Source: Anaerolineae bacterium (lineage in GTDB: Bacteria > Chloroflexota > Anaerolineae > E26-bin7). Taken from it: a stretch of 61,342 bases of DNA. The stretch covers positions 1-61,342 of the forward strand of contig JBGVTF010000036.1 of assembly GCA_041862415.1 (NCBI GenBank), written 5' to 3'. The translations under genes were made by a program, and so were the position numbers. The notes beneath the pieces are model-generated. The model did not search any database. It was not told the DNA's origin and saw only the letters and a list, made by a program, of their open reading frames with translations. Shown here piece after piece: positions 15,301-23,467 of the stretch. The first letter of the stretch is position 1. The number at the start of each line of letters is the position of its first letter.

Positions 15301-17031
15301 ACGATGCAGATGGTCAAGAAAATGGGCGATCTGGGCGGCAGCAGCTTTCACAGCACCATTCCCGGTCTGGAGGGGCTTGTCCGCCTCGTGCCCGGCCTCG
15401 TCAGGGTTATCTCCGGTCAGCCCCTGCCAGCTTTCAACTATTGGGACCCTACCCGGGTCATCCCTTTCACCATCAACGAGTTCCCCTACTTCAGCTTCCT
15501 CTTCGCTGACCTGCACCCCCACATGATCGGTATCCCTTTCACCATTCTCTTCCTGGCCCTGGCCTATAACGTGGTGGCCGGGGGCAGGAGGACGGGGGCA
15601 GATGCCAGGGGGCAATGGGTGGTCACTTTTGAGGAGTTCCTCGGCTGGGCTGTCATTCCTCTATGCCTGGGTGCTCTGGCCGTCATCAACACCTGGGATT
15701 TCCCCACTTACCTGGGCATCATCGGCTGTGCTTTTCTCCTCCGCCAGTGGCAGAGGGGCCGCGTCAACCTTCTCCGGGTGGTCGGCTTTGCCACCCTGAT
15801 GGGTAGCCTGAGCCTGGTCCTCTATTGGCCATTTTTCCAGCACTACAATGCCCTGAACGTTGGGGTAGGCCTGGTCAAGGGACGGACAGACTTCTGGGCT
15901 TTCATTACTATCTGGGGCTTTTTCCTCTTCGTGCTCATCACTTTCCTGTTGACCGAGTTGCTGCGGCAGCGGTCCAGGTCAGGCATCCTGCGGTGCCTGC
16001 GGTTGGTGGCCAGGCGCTGGGAGACCCTGCCCCATTTGAGCGAGCTCTACAGAGTGTTGGCGCGCGAGCAAACTATGGGCTATCTTCTCGGCGCGTATGC
16101 CCTGGGCATTTTGCTGATTATGGTGGCCGGGCTGGCCTTGCTTCGCTACTGGGTATTGGTTTTGCTGGTTCCCCCTCTCGTCTTGGCTGCACTGCTGCTT
16201 TTGTACCGCGAAGCTTCCGCAGAAGAGGTGTTCATCTATTTTCTGATCTTTACTGGCTTTCTCGTCCTGGAGGGCTGCGAGTTGTTTTACCTGAAGGATT
16301 TCCTCCAGGGGGGTGACCACCGGCGCATGAACACCCTATTCAAGTTCTATATCCAGGTCTGGGTGCTTTTTGGGCTGGCTGCGGCGGTGGCTCTGCCCCG
16401 GCTGTGGACCAACCTGGGGCGTTGGCGCTCAAGGGGGCTGCGCTACATCTGGGTGGGCCTTTTCTTCGCTCTGCTCCTCTCTGTCTGTGTCTACCCTCTC
16501 CTGGGCACACCTCAGCGGGTGGCGGACCGTTTCGCTGGCGAGAGGCCGCCCATTGGCACCCTGGATGGTATGGCTTACATGACCGTCGGGTCCTATGCCT
16601 GGCCTGACGACAGCAACCGCATCGAGCTGAAGTACGACTATGAGGCCATCCAGTGGCTGCTGGCCAATGTCAAGGGCACCCCCGTCATCGCCGAGGCCGC
16701 CCTGCCCTATTACCGCGAAGGCGGGTCGCGAGTGGCATCCTACACCGGTCTGCCCAGCCTCCTGGGGGCTCAGCACGCTGGTGAGCAACGCTACAGTTGG
16801 CAGGTCGGCCGGCGAGACGGCGAGGTCAGGGATTTTTACACGACGGGTGACATCGGACGTGCTTTGGAGCTCATTCGCAATCTGGATGTTTCTTACGTCT
16901 ACGTCGGCAGGTTGGAGCGAACCACTTATGATCCCATTGGCCTGGCCAAGTTCGACCGGATGGTTGAGGAAGGCTATTTGACAGTGCCATATTCCAATGA
17001 AGAAGTGAAGATTTACAGAGTAGTTGGCTGA
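12349..17031 (+). CDS. giant polytopic membrane protein: an N-terminal GT-C (PMT_2/ArnT-like) glycosyltransferase module fused to a DUF2298 / Chlor_Arch_YYY module
   Basis: The ORF is open from 12259, so the start is uncertain; 12349 is the first ATG. The N-terminal part has [20 protein letters not shown]. The second half has [40 protein letters not shown], which carries the YYYxG signature. Confidence 0.8.
   Translation: [1560 protein letters not shown]
14167..14224 (+). repeat. tandem copies of the short dispersed element CCCTTCGAC-N3/4-GCTCAGGACAC, in frame within the CDS
   Basis: cccttcgacaa cccttcgacggggctcaggacac cgcccttcgacaagctcaggacac is translated as [20 protein letters not shown]. 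Confidence 0.7.
15208..15236 (+). repeat. heptanucleotide tandem repeat (GAGATTC x2, GGGATTC, GCTGATTC) inside the CDS
   Basis: gagattc gagattc gggattc gctgattc encodes [10 protein letters not shown]. Its reverse complement belongs to the GAATCNC family seen at 22484. Confidence 0.75.
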
Positions 17032-17044
17032 TAGGGAGGATAGA

Positions 17045-18184
17045 GTGTCTAACATTGTCTATTTCGCTAGCGCCAGGGCAACCCGGTGGGATTACAAATA
17101 TAGCCTGATCGCCAAGCTGGAGGAACTGATCAAGTGCCTTGACTTTTCCCAGCACATCGCGGCGGACGAGTACGTGGCTGTCAAGACCCACTTCGGTTCT
17201 CAAGGGGTCCATCGCATCGTGCGGCCTATCTTCCTGCGCAAGATCGTCGAGGGGGTCAAGGCTGTGGGCGGCAAGCCTTTCGTGACCGATTCGACCCGCA
17301 TCATGGGCTGGGATTATCTTGAGGTGGCCAACCAGGAAGGCATCAATCCCATGTCGGTGGGGGCACCGGTCCTTTTGGCTGATGGCCTGTTCGGCTATGA
17401 TAGTATGCTGGTCCAGGCTGGCCCCATCCTGGGGCAGATCAACGTCGCTTCGGCCATCTACGATGCCCCGGCCATGGTCGTGGTCAGCCACTGCAAGGGG
17501 CACATCCAGTCCGGCTACGGCGGGGCCGTCAAGAACCTGGCCATGGGCGGCGTCAGCGGCCAGCACCGCAGCGGCGACTGGAAGCAGGCCCGTGGACACC
17601 TCCACGCCACAGGGGAGATGGACATGGTGCGCAATCTGGAGCTATGCACCCTCTGCTTGCAGTGCTATCACGTCTGTCCCACTGGCGCTGTCCTCTTCGA
17701 TGGGGAGGACATCTCTTTTGACGAGGACAATTGCTGGCGCTGTGGGCGTTGTGCCCGCGTTTGTCCTGAGGGGGCCATTGAACCAGGGGAAACGCGGGAG
17801 GACTTTCAGAAGGCCCTGGCCGAGGCAGCCCAGGCTGTGCTGAGCACTTTTGAACCGGGCAAGGTGCTTTACTTCAGCTTTGTGCTGGAGGTGCAGCCGG
17901 AGTGCGACTGTATGCCCACGGCCGACACCCCTGTGGTGCAGGATCAGGGCATCCTGGCCTCCACAGACATCGTGGCTATCGAGCAGGCGGCTTACGATCT
18001 GATCAACAAAGCCGCTCCCTTGCCCCAATCCCTGGCGGCAGACAAGGGGCTGCGCCAGGGTGACCGGATTCTGGCCGAGGCCCTGGGCGTTGACGGCCAG
18101 GAGCACATTGACGCGGCGGCTGAGTTGGGTCTGGGTAGTAAGGAATACGAGTTGGTTGAAGTGAAGGAGAAGAGCAATGCCTAG
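17045..18184 (+). CDS. DUF362 domain protein with an inserted 4Fe-4S dicluster ferredoxin domain
   Basis: The DUF362-like N-terminus includes VAVKTHFG. Two CxxCxxCxxxCP motifs are present (CTLCLQCYHVCP and CWRCGRCARVCP). A GTG at 17045 follows the SD gggagg; the ORF is open from 17024. Confidence 0.8.
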   Translation: MSNIVYFASARATRWDYKYSLIAKLEELIKCLDFSQHIAADEYVAVKTHFGSQGVHRIVRPIFLRKIVEGVKAVGGKPFVTDSTRIMGWDYLEVANQEGINPMSVGAPVLLADGLFGYDSMLVQAGPILGQINVASAIYDAPAMVVVSHCKGHIQSGYGGAVKNLAMGGVSGQHRSGDWKQARGHLHATGEMDMVRNLELCTLCLQCYHVCPTGAVLFDGEDISFDEDNCWRCGRCARVCPEGAIEPGETREDFQKALAEAAQAVLSTFEPGKVLYFSFVLEVQPECDCMPTADTPVVQDQGILASTDIVAIEQAAYDLINKAAPLPQSLAADKGLRQGDRILAEALGVDGQEHIDAAAELGLGSKEYELVEVKEKSNA

Positions 18185-18187
18185 TAG

Positions 18188-19348
18188 TTGGGGGTGTATG
18201 TGGTAAAAGATCAATACGATCCCGGCGATCTCAAAAAGCGATTGATGAATTTCGTTATGAGTGGACGTTTCAGGACCGAGTTCAGGCGGGCGGTGCGTGA
18301 GGAGTTCGGGGGTGATACTATCGTCGGTGATGAGCATGAGATGATCAATTTTATGGATTGGTTTGCTCTGGAGCGCCGCACTCGTGACGGTCGCACCCCT
18401 CTCGAGGTCTTTGTCGAAAGAGAACGGCGGAGGGGTATGCCTGAGAATGTAGCCCAGCAACTGTCGCGCTGGAGCAACGTTACTGAAGGGCTCTTTGAAA
18501 TGCGTAAGAAGGTTGACCCTGACACCATGCTGGCCTACGACCATCTGCGGCAGCGAGAACTGACCATCAAGTGCAACATCCCAGGCTTCTTGTCCAAGAA
18601 GGTCTCGCTTGGTTCTTATCTTATAGCTCGCATAGTTCCCTGGTATGATCACTATTACCTTTCAGGCGCTTCGGCTGTACTTCCACCGGAGTCAAAGGAG
18701 CAGATATTGGAAATAGCCAGAGACATGCAGCGAAAGCACCCTGCCCTGGCATACGCCAGTGCTACTGAGGAGGAACGAGAACAACTTGCGGCTGTGGAAG
18801 AGGAGATGTACCGCGCTTTTGTGGAATTCTTTGGCGATGACGAGGTCGTCTTTCCCACTGGTCGTGAGATGGCCAAGAGGCTTAAAGAGTTCACCCGCTA
18901 TCATATTTTTGAGCACGTGCAGGCCAGTGGCAAGACCATGGCTCAAGAGGCCAAGGAGCGCGGTCACGATGCCAAAATGCCCCAGCAAGCTCCCTATCCG
19001 CGTGAGTTGCTCAGGGCCAAGGACGTCGGGGTATTGTTGGATTCTGTTGAAGGGATGTTTTTCCTGCCCGAGTATGGCACCTTTCGCCGCATCTTTGCGG
19101 AACCTGACTTTCAGCAAGTCCCCGATTGGCGTGAGCTCATCTATGATTACCTCACAGAAGATAGCGTCCCGCCGTTACCCTTCAAACGCATGGTAGAACG
19201 CTATCCCGAAGGGGCGAGGCGCGTCTTCAAAGCTGCGCTGAAAAGGCGCAAGTTCAATCTCAGGCGGGATTTCCCCAAACTGATGCGGCGTTACAAGCGG
19301 AGTTGGTTGGAGAAGGAACCGGTACCTACAGTCATACCGTTTCGATAA
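18188..19348 (+). CDS. hypothetical protein (386 aa)
   Basis: A long ORF in the codirectional gene string. No motif was recognised, and the start codon (TTG at 18188 or downstream) is uncertain. Confidence 0.55.
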   Translation: MGVYVVKDQYDPGDLKKRLMNFVMSGRFRTEFRRAVREEFGGDTIVGDEHEMINFMDWFALERRTRDGRTPLEVFVERERRRGMPENVAQQLSRWSNVTEGLFEMRKKVDPDTMLAYDHLRQRELTIKCNIPGFLSKKVSLGSYLIARIVPWYDHYYLSGASAVLPPESKEQILEIARDMQRKHPALAYASATEEEREQLAAVEEEMYRAFVEFFGDDEVVFPTGREMAKRLKEFTRYHIFEHVQASGKTMAQEAKERGHDAKMPQQAPYPRELLRAKDVGVLLDSVEGMFFLPEYGTFRRIFAEPDFQQVPDWRELIYDYLTEDSVPPLPFKRMVERYPEGARRVFKAALKRRKFNLRRDFPKLMRRYKRSWLEKEPVPTVIPFR

Positions 19349-19413
19349 GTTTGCAGGCCGACGTCAACCGGAGCCAGACTGCTATTCTAACGATACTGAT
19401 TGGAGACGCGATA

Positions 19414-20760
19414 GTGTTTGTGCCTCACTGTTTCAAGATAGGTCGAGAGTGTCCTTTTGCAGATGAGATTGAAGAAGACCCCCGGCTGGTCTTCGTGTTA
19501 ATGCCCTTTGCATCAGAGTTCGATGAAGTCTACCAGCAGGGCATCAGGCCTACCTGGGAGGAGTTGGGCTTCCGGGTTCTGCGGGCTGACGAGGAGTTTC
19601 ACGTCCACGATATCATGTGCCGCGCCATCTGCCAGAACATTCAACGGGCTGGTTTCATCGTGGCCGACATGACTGGCCGCAACCCCAACGTTTTCTACGA
19701 ACTGGGTCTGGCTCACGCCTTTGGCAAACCGGTCATCCTCATCACCCAGCACAAGGACTATGTGCCCTTTGATTTGCAGGCTATTCTTTACATAAACTAT
19801 GGAATCGGCAGTGAGAATATCGCAGAGTTGAAGCGCGGGTTAAAGAGAATGGCCCAGGGTTTGTTGGCAATGGAGGCTGTGTCTCAACCGCCAAGCCAGA
19901 GGTTGGTAGACCTTGTCTCCAATAGAGAGGTCAGGAGGCTGCCGGAGGTCATTGTTTGGGAGAAGGACAGCAAGGAGATGGTCTTGATTCCGGCCGGTGA
20001 ATTTCTGATGGGCACCACTGAGGCCCGGGCTGAAGATTTGACCGGGCAAGTGGGACAGGATTTCTTTAGTCGGGAGACGCCGCAGCACAAGGTTTATCTG
20101 CCGGATTTCTACATTGACCGCTATCCGGTGACCAACGCCGAGTTCCAGCGATTTGTGGAGGCTACTGGTTACCGTACCCAGGCTGAGAAAAATGGGTATG
20201 GGCGGGTTTGGAGTGGCAGCAAATGGGAACAGGCCGAAGGGACAGATTGGCGTCACCCCCAGGGGCCGCACAGCAGCCTCGCAGAGAGGATGGACCACCC
20301 GGTGGTCCAGGTGAGCTGGAACGATGCCGTGGCCTACGCCCGCTGGGCTGGCAAACGGCTGCCGACCGAGCGCGAATGGGAGAAAGCAGCCCGGGGTAGT
20401 GATGGACGGGCCTGGCCCTGGGGCACCGAATGGGTTGAAGGCAAGTGCAACACCAGGGAAGCGGGAGTTGGAGACACAGCACCGGTGGGATTCTATTCTC
20501 CGATCAGCGATAGCCCCTATGGAGTGGTTGACGTGGCCGGTAACGTCTGGGAATGGACGGCCGATTGGTTTGCCGCCTATCCCGGTACTACGTACAAGTC
20601 CAATGATTTCGGGGAGAAATATCAGATGGTGCGGGGAGGCTCGTGGTTCCGCGACCATTTGTTCGCCCGTTGTGCCTGTCGCTTCTGGTACGTTCGCGGC
20701 GGCCGGGGCGGGGACATCGGCTTCCGTTGCGTGAAAAGTTCTCCCCTTCCAGGAGTCTGA
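19414..20760 (+). CDS. fusion of a TIR-like / nucleoside 2-deoxyribosyltransferase-like domain with a formylglycine-generating-enzyme (FGE/SUMF1) domain
   Basis: N-terminus: LVFVLMPFASEFDEVYQQGI...GFIVADMTGRNPNVFYELGLAHAFGKPVILI. C-terminus: MVLIPAGEFLMGT...DRYPVTNAEFQRFV...HPVVQVSWNDAVAYARWAGKRLPTEREWEKAARG...GNVWEWT...RGGSW. A GTG at 19414 follows the SD ggaga; the ORF is open from 19303. Confidence 0.75.
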   Translation: MFVPHCFKIGRECPFADEIEEDPRLVFVLMPFASEFDEVYQQGIRPTWEELGFRVLRADEEFHVHDIMCRAICQNIQRAGFIVADMTGRNPNVFYELGLAHAFGKPVILITQHKDYVPFDLQAILYINYGIGSENIAELKRGLKRMAQGLLAMEAVSQPPSQRLVDLVSNREVRRLPEVIVWEKDSKEMVLIPAGEFLMGTTEARAEDLTGQVGQDFFSRETPQHKVYLPDFYIDRYPVTNAEFQRFVEATGYRTQAEKNGYGRVWSGSKWEQAEGTDWRHPQGPHSSLAERMDHPVVQVSWNDAVAYARWAGKRLPTEREWEKAARGSDGRAWPWGTEWVEGKCNTREAGVGDTAPVGFYSPISDSPYGVVDVAGNVWEWTADWFAAYPGTTYKSNDFGEKYQMVRGGSWFRDHLFARCACRFWYVRGGRGGDIGFRCVKSSPLPGV

Positions 20761-20781
20761 GGTGGAGGTAAGGGGGATCAC

Positions 20782-23265
20782 GTGAATGAGGTCTTGGCTG
20801 TTTTCCGCTGGTGGCTGATCATCGAGATACTGGGTCTGATAGCCTTGCCGCTCGCTGTGCGGCTGTTCAGGCATCTGCCCGACCGGGGTTATGCCCTCGC
20901 CAAGCCTTTGGGGCTGCTCTTGGTCAGCTACGTGTTGTGGATCGGAGCCACCTTCGGCTTGTTGCACAACAACGTCGGAGGTATCGTTTTCTCGATCTTG
21001 GCGGTGGGGGCCTTCTCTGGATGGTTTTACGCCAGAGGGGACAAAGATGGCAACCTCCTTGCTCTTATGAGAGAAAGGAGATGGGTCATCGTCGCCAGCG
21101 AAGTGCTCTTCGCCCTGAGCTTTGGCTTGTGGGCCCTCTACCGGGCCTATAACCCGGAGATAGCAGGCACCGAGAAGCCCATGGAGTTTGGCTTCCTCAA
21201 TGCGATCCTGCGCAGCGAGACCTTTCCCCCTCATGATCCCTGGCTCTCCGGCTTTGCCATCAGCTACTACTATTTTGGCTATCTGATGATGGCCGTGCTC
21301 ACCAGACTGTCTGGCGTGCCGTCCAACATCGCTTTCAATTTGGCCATCGCCTTGCTGTTCGGCTGGACGATAACCGGGTCGTTCAGTCTGGTCCATAATC
21401 TGGTAAGGAGGTCTGAGGAGGACCCTTCTGTTCCTTCTGTACCCCTCAGCCCTATATTCCACGGCGTCCTGGGCGCAATACTGGTGGCCGTGATGGGCAA
21501 CCTGGAGGGATTTCTGGAGATCCTGCACGCCAAAGGAATCGGTTCGGCGGGCTTCTGGCGCTGGCTAGACCTGAAAGACCTGGGGCAAGCTCCGATCACT
21601 AACACCTGGCTGCCCACGCGCTATCTGTGGTGGTGGCGGGCTTCCCGCATCATCCACGACAGGGACCTGCTGGGCAATGATATGGAGGTCATTGACGAGT
21701 TTCCCTTCTTCAGTTTCATGCTGGGCGACATGCACCCCCACGTCTTGGCTTTGCCCTTTGTGTTTTTGGCCCTGGCGCTGGCCTTGAACTTGCTGCTTTC
21801 GCGGCGCAAGCTGACCTGGCCTGAGTTGAGTCTGACGGCCTTTTGTCTGGGGGCTTTGGGCTTTTTGAACACCTGGGATTTCCCCATCTATTTGTTCATA
21901 GCCGTCGCCGCTTATGCTGTCCAACGCTACTGGCATCACGGAGCCTTTGATGCCGAATGGATGAAGGACGCCGGATACACGTCCGTTCTGCTGGCAGTCC
22001 TGGGCTTTGCTTTCTATCTGCCTTTCTACATCGGCTTCCAGTCCCAGGCGGGAGGACTGTTGCCCACCCTTTTCACCATTACCAGGCTGAACCAGTACCT
22101 GGTTATCTTTGGCTTGTTCGTCTTTGCCCTTCTCGGTTTCCTCATCGCCCAGATTGCAGAGTTGCTCTCATTGCGGGATCAGGGTGGAGAGAGGGTCTTG
22201 AGTCCGCGGGTCTTGTTCCTCGATTGGCTGCACGTTCTTCTGTGGGCGGTGATCCTGCCGCCGCTGGTCATGTTCGTGGTCATCATGCCCATTGTCGTCA
22301 CCGAGAGGGGGCGGGCCTTTCTGCAGGGCGTCCTGGACAGCGAGCCCGTGCGCCAGGCGATTGGCCAGCAGACCATTGGCTCCCTTCTGGGAAAGAGCCT
22401 TGAGCTTCGTTTCAGCAACCCCTGGTTCTTCCTCTTCGCGGTTTCGCTGATAGCCCTGGTCGTCGTTTTGATTCTGTACAAGTCACGAATCACGGATCAC
22501 GGATCACGAATCACGGATCACGAATCACCTGATTTCTCTCCCAGCGTCCTCTTCGTCCTTCTGATGGCCTTCACTGCCCTGCTCTTGACCTTCAGTGTGG
22601 AGTTCGTCTATCTCAGAGACCTTTTCGGCACCCGCATGAATACCATCTTCAAGTTTTACTTTCAAGCCTGGGTGCTTCTGGCAGTCTCCAGTGCCTTCTG
22701 CGTCTACTACGTAGCTGGTCGAGGGAGGATGGGCTGGGCACGTTCTCTGTGGCTGACTGGCCTTGGAGCGTTGCTTGTGGCTGGCATGGTTTATCCTGTG
22801 GCGGCCGGTTACACCAAAGCCAGCAGCTTCAAGGTTGAGCCTACCCTTAATGGCACGGCATATATGGCCGATCACAACTCTGACGACCACGCGGCTATCC
22901 GGTGGCTCAACGAGAACGTGGAGGGAGCGCCGGTTATCCTGGAAGCCACGGGCGGTTCCTACACCCACTATGCCAGGGTTTCCTCTCAGACGGGGTTGCC
23001 TACGCTGTTAGGCTGGGATTTCCACGAGGTGCAGTGGCGGGGCACTGGCGAGGAGGGCAACAAGCGCAAGCCGGACATCGAGACGATCTATGGCAGTCTC
23101 GACGCGCAAGCGGCCTTGACGCTGATGGACAAATACGATATAAAGTATGTCTACGTGGGGTCTCTGGAGCAGAGCAGTTATCCTGCGGCGGCCCTCGACA
23201 AATTTGACTATATCATGGATGTGGTCTATCAGCAAGGGGAGGTGACGATTTATAGACGTCGTTAG
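20782..23265 (+). CDS. DUF2298 / Chlor_Arch_YYY family polytopic membrane protein
   Basis: 827 aa. EKPMEFGFLNAILRSETFPPHDPWLSGFAISYYYFGY is paralogous to the C-terminal half of the 12349-17031 product, and the C-terminal soluble tail is similar too (VGSLEQSSYP / [10 protein letters not shown]). Confidence 0.85.
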   Translation: MNEVLAVFRWWLIIEILGLIALPLAVRLFRHLPDRGYALAKPLGLLLVSYVLWIGATFGLLHNNVGGIVFSILAVGAFSGWFYARGDKDGNLLALMRERRWVIVASEVLFALSFGLWALYRAYNPEIAGTEKPMEFGFLNAILRSETFPPHDPWLSGFAISYYYFGYLMMAVLTRLSGVPSNIAFNLAIALLFGWTITGSFSLVHNLVRRSEEDPSVPSVPLSPIFHGVLGAILVAVMGNLEGFLEILHAKGIGSAGFWRWLDLKDLGQAPITNTWLPTRYLWWWRASRIIHDRDLLGNDMEVIDEFPFFSFMLGDMHPHVLALPFVFLALALALNLLLSRRKLTWPELSLTAFCLGALGFLNTWDFPIYLFIAVAAYAVQRYWHHGAFDAEWMKDAGYTSVLLAVLGFAFYLPFYIGFQSQAGGLLPTLFTITRLNQYLVIFGLFVFALLGFLIAQIAELLSLRDQGGERVLSPRVLFLDWLHVLLWAVILPPLVMFVVIMPIVVTERGRAFLQGVLDSEPVRQAIGQQTIGSLLGKSLELRFSNPWFFLFAVSLIALVVVLILYKSRITDHGSRITDHESPDFSPSVLFVLLMAFTALLLTFSVEFVYLRDLFGTRMNTIFKFYFQAWVLLAVSSAFCVYYVAGRGRMGWARSLWLTGLGALLVAGMVYPVAAGYTKASSFKVEPTLNGTAYMADHNSDDHAAIRWLNENVEGAPVILEATGGSYTHYARVSSQTGLPTLLGWDFHEVQWRGTGEEGNKRKPDIETIYGSLDAQAALTLMDKYDIKYVYVGSLEQSSYPAAALDKFDYIMDVVYQQGEVTIYRRR
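22484..22528 (+). repeat. heptanucleotide tandem repeat CACGRAT x6 inside the CDS
   Basis: cacgaat cacggat cacggat cacgaat cacggat cacgaat cac spans six full heptamers (42 nt) and preserves the frame. It encodes SRITDHGSRITDHES. Confidence 0.85.
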
Positions 23266-23467
23266 ACTTTGGTCAGTACCACCTGGGGGAAACCCGGCTT
23301 TACAATTTGCTTCCGCCAGACGACAGACTTCGGCGAGTTCAGTCGAGCCGTCCGGTGGCTTCCACAACGTTTCGGGGCGCTGGATTGTCATCCAGCGCGA
23401 GCAAAAGTGTAAAGGCATTAGGGGGCTAGTCACGTAGAAATAGACTGCTGCGAAAGGAGATATTTCC

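Noticed and set aside
19840-21528. 562-aa minus-strand ORF
   Set aside because: It is an antisense shadow across the FGE-fusion and YYY genes, of the kind typical of high-GC DNA. It is Arg/Pro/Gly-rich with no motifs. The same reasoning applies to 29135-31036 (633 aa), 14425-15615, 8254-9363, 7468-8235, 17642-18652, 31389-32357, 12757-13425, 16871-17605 and 24965-25633 on the minus strand, and to overlapping + strand out-of-frame ORFs such as 1770-2426, 5761-6369 and 44830-45483.
22484-22528. A CRISPR array or minisatellite as the explanation for the short repeats (also at 15208 and 39988)
   Set aside because: The units are 7 nt and contiguous with no spacers, and they lie inside continuous ORFs. 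No cas genes are present in the window.
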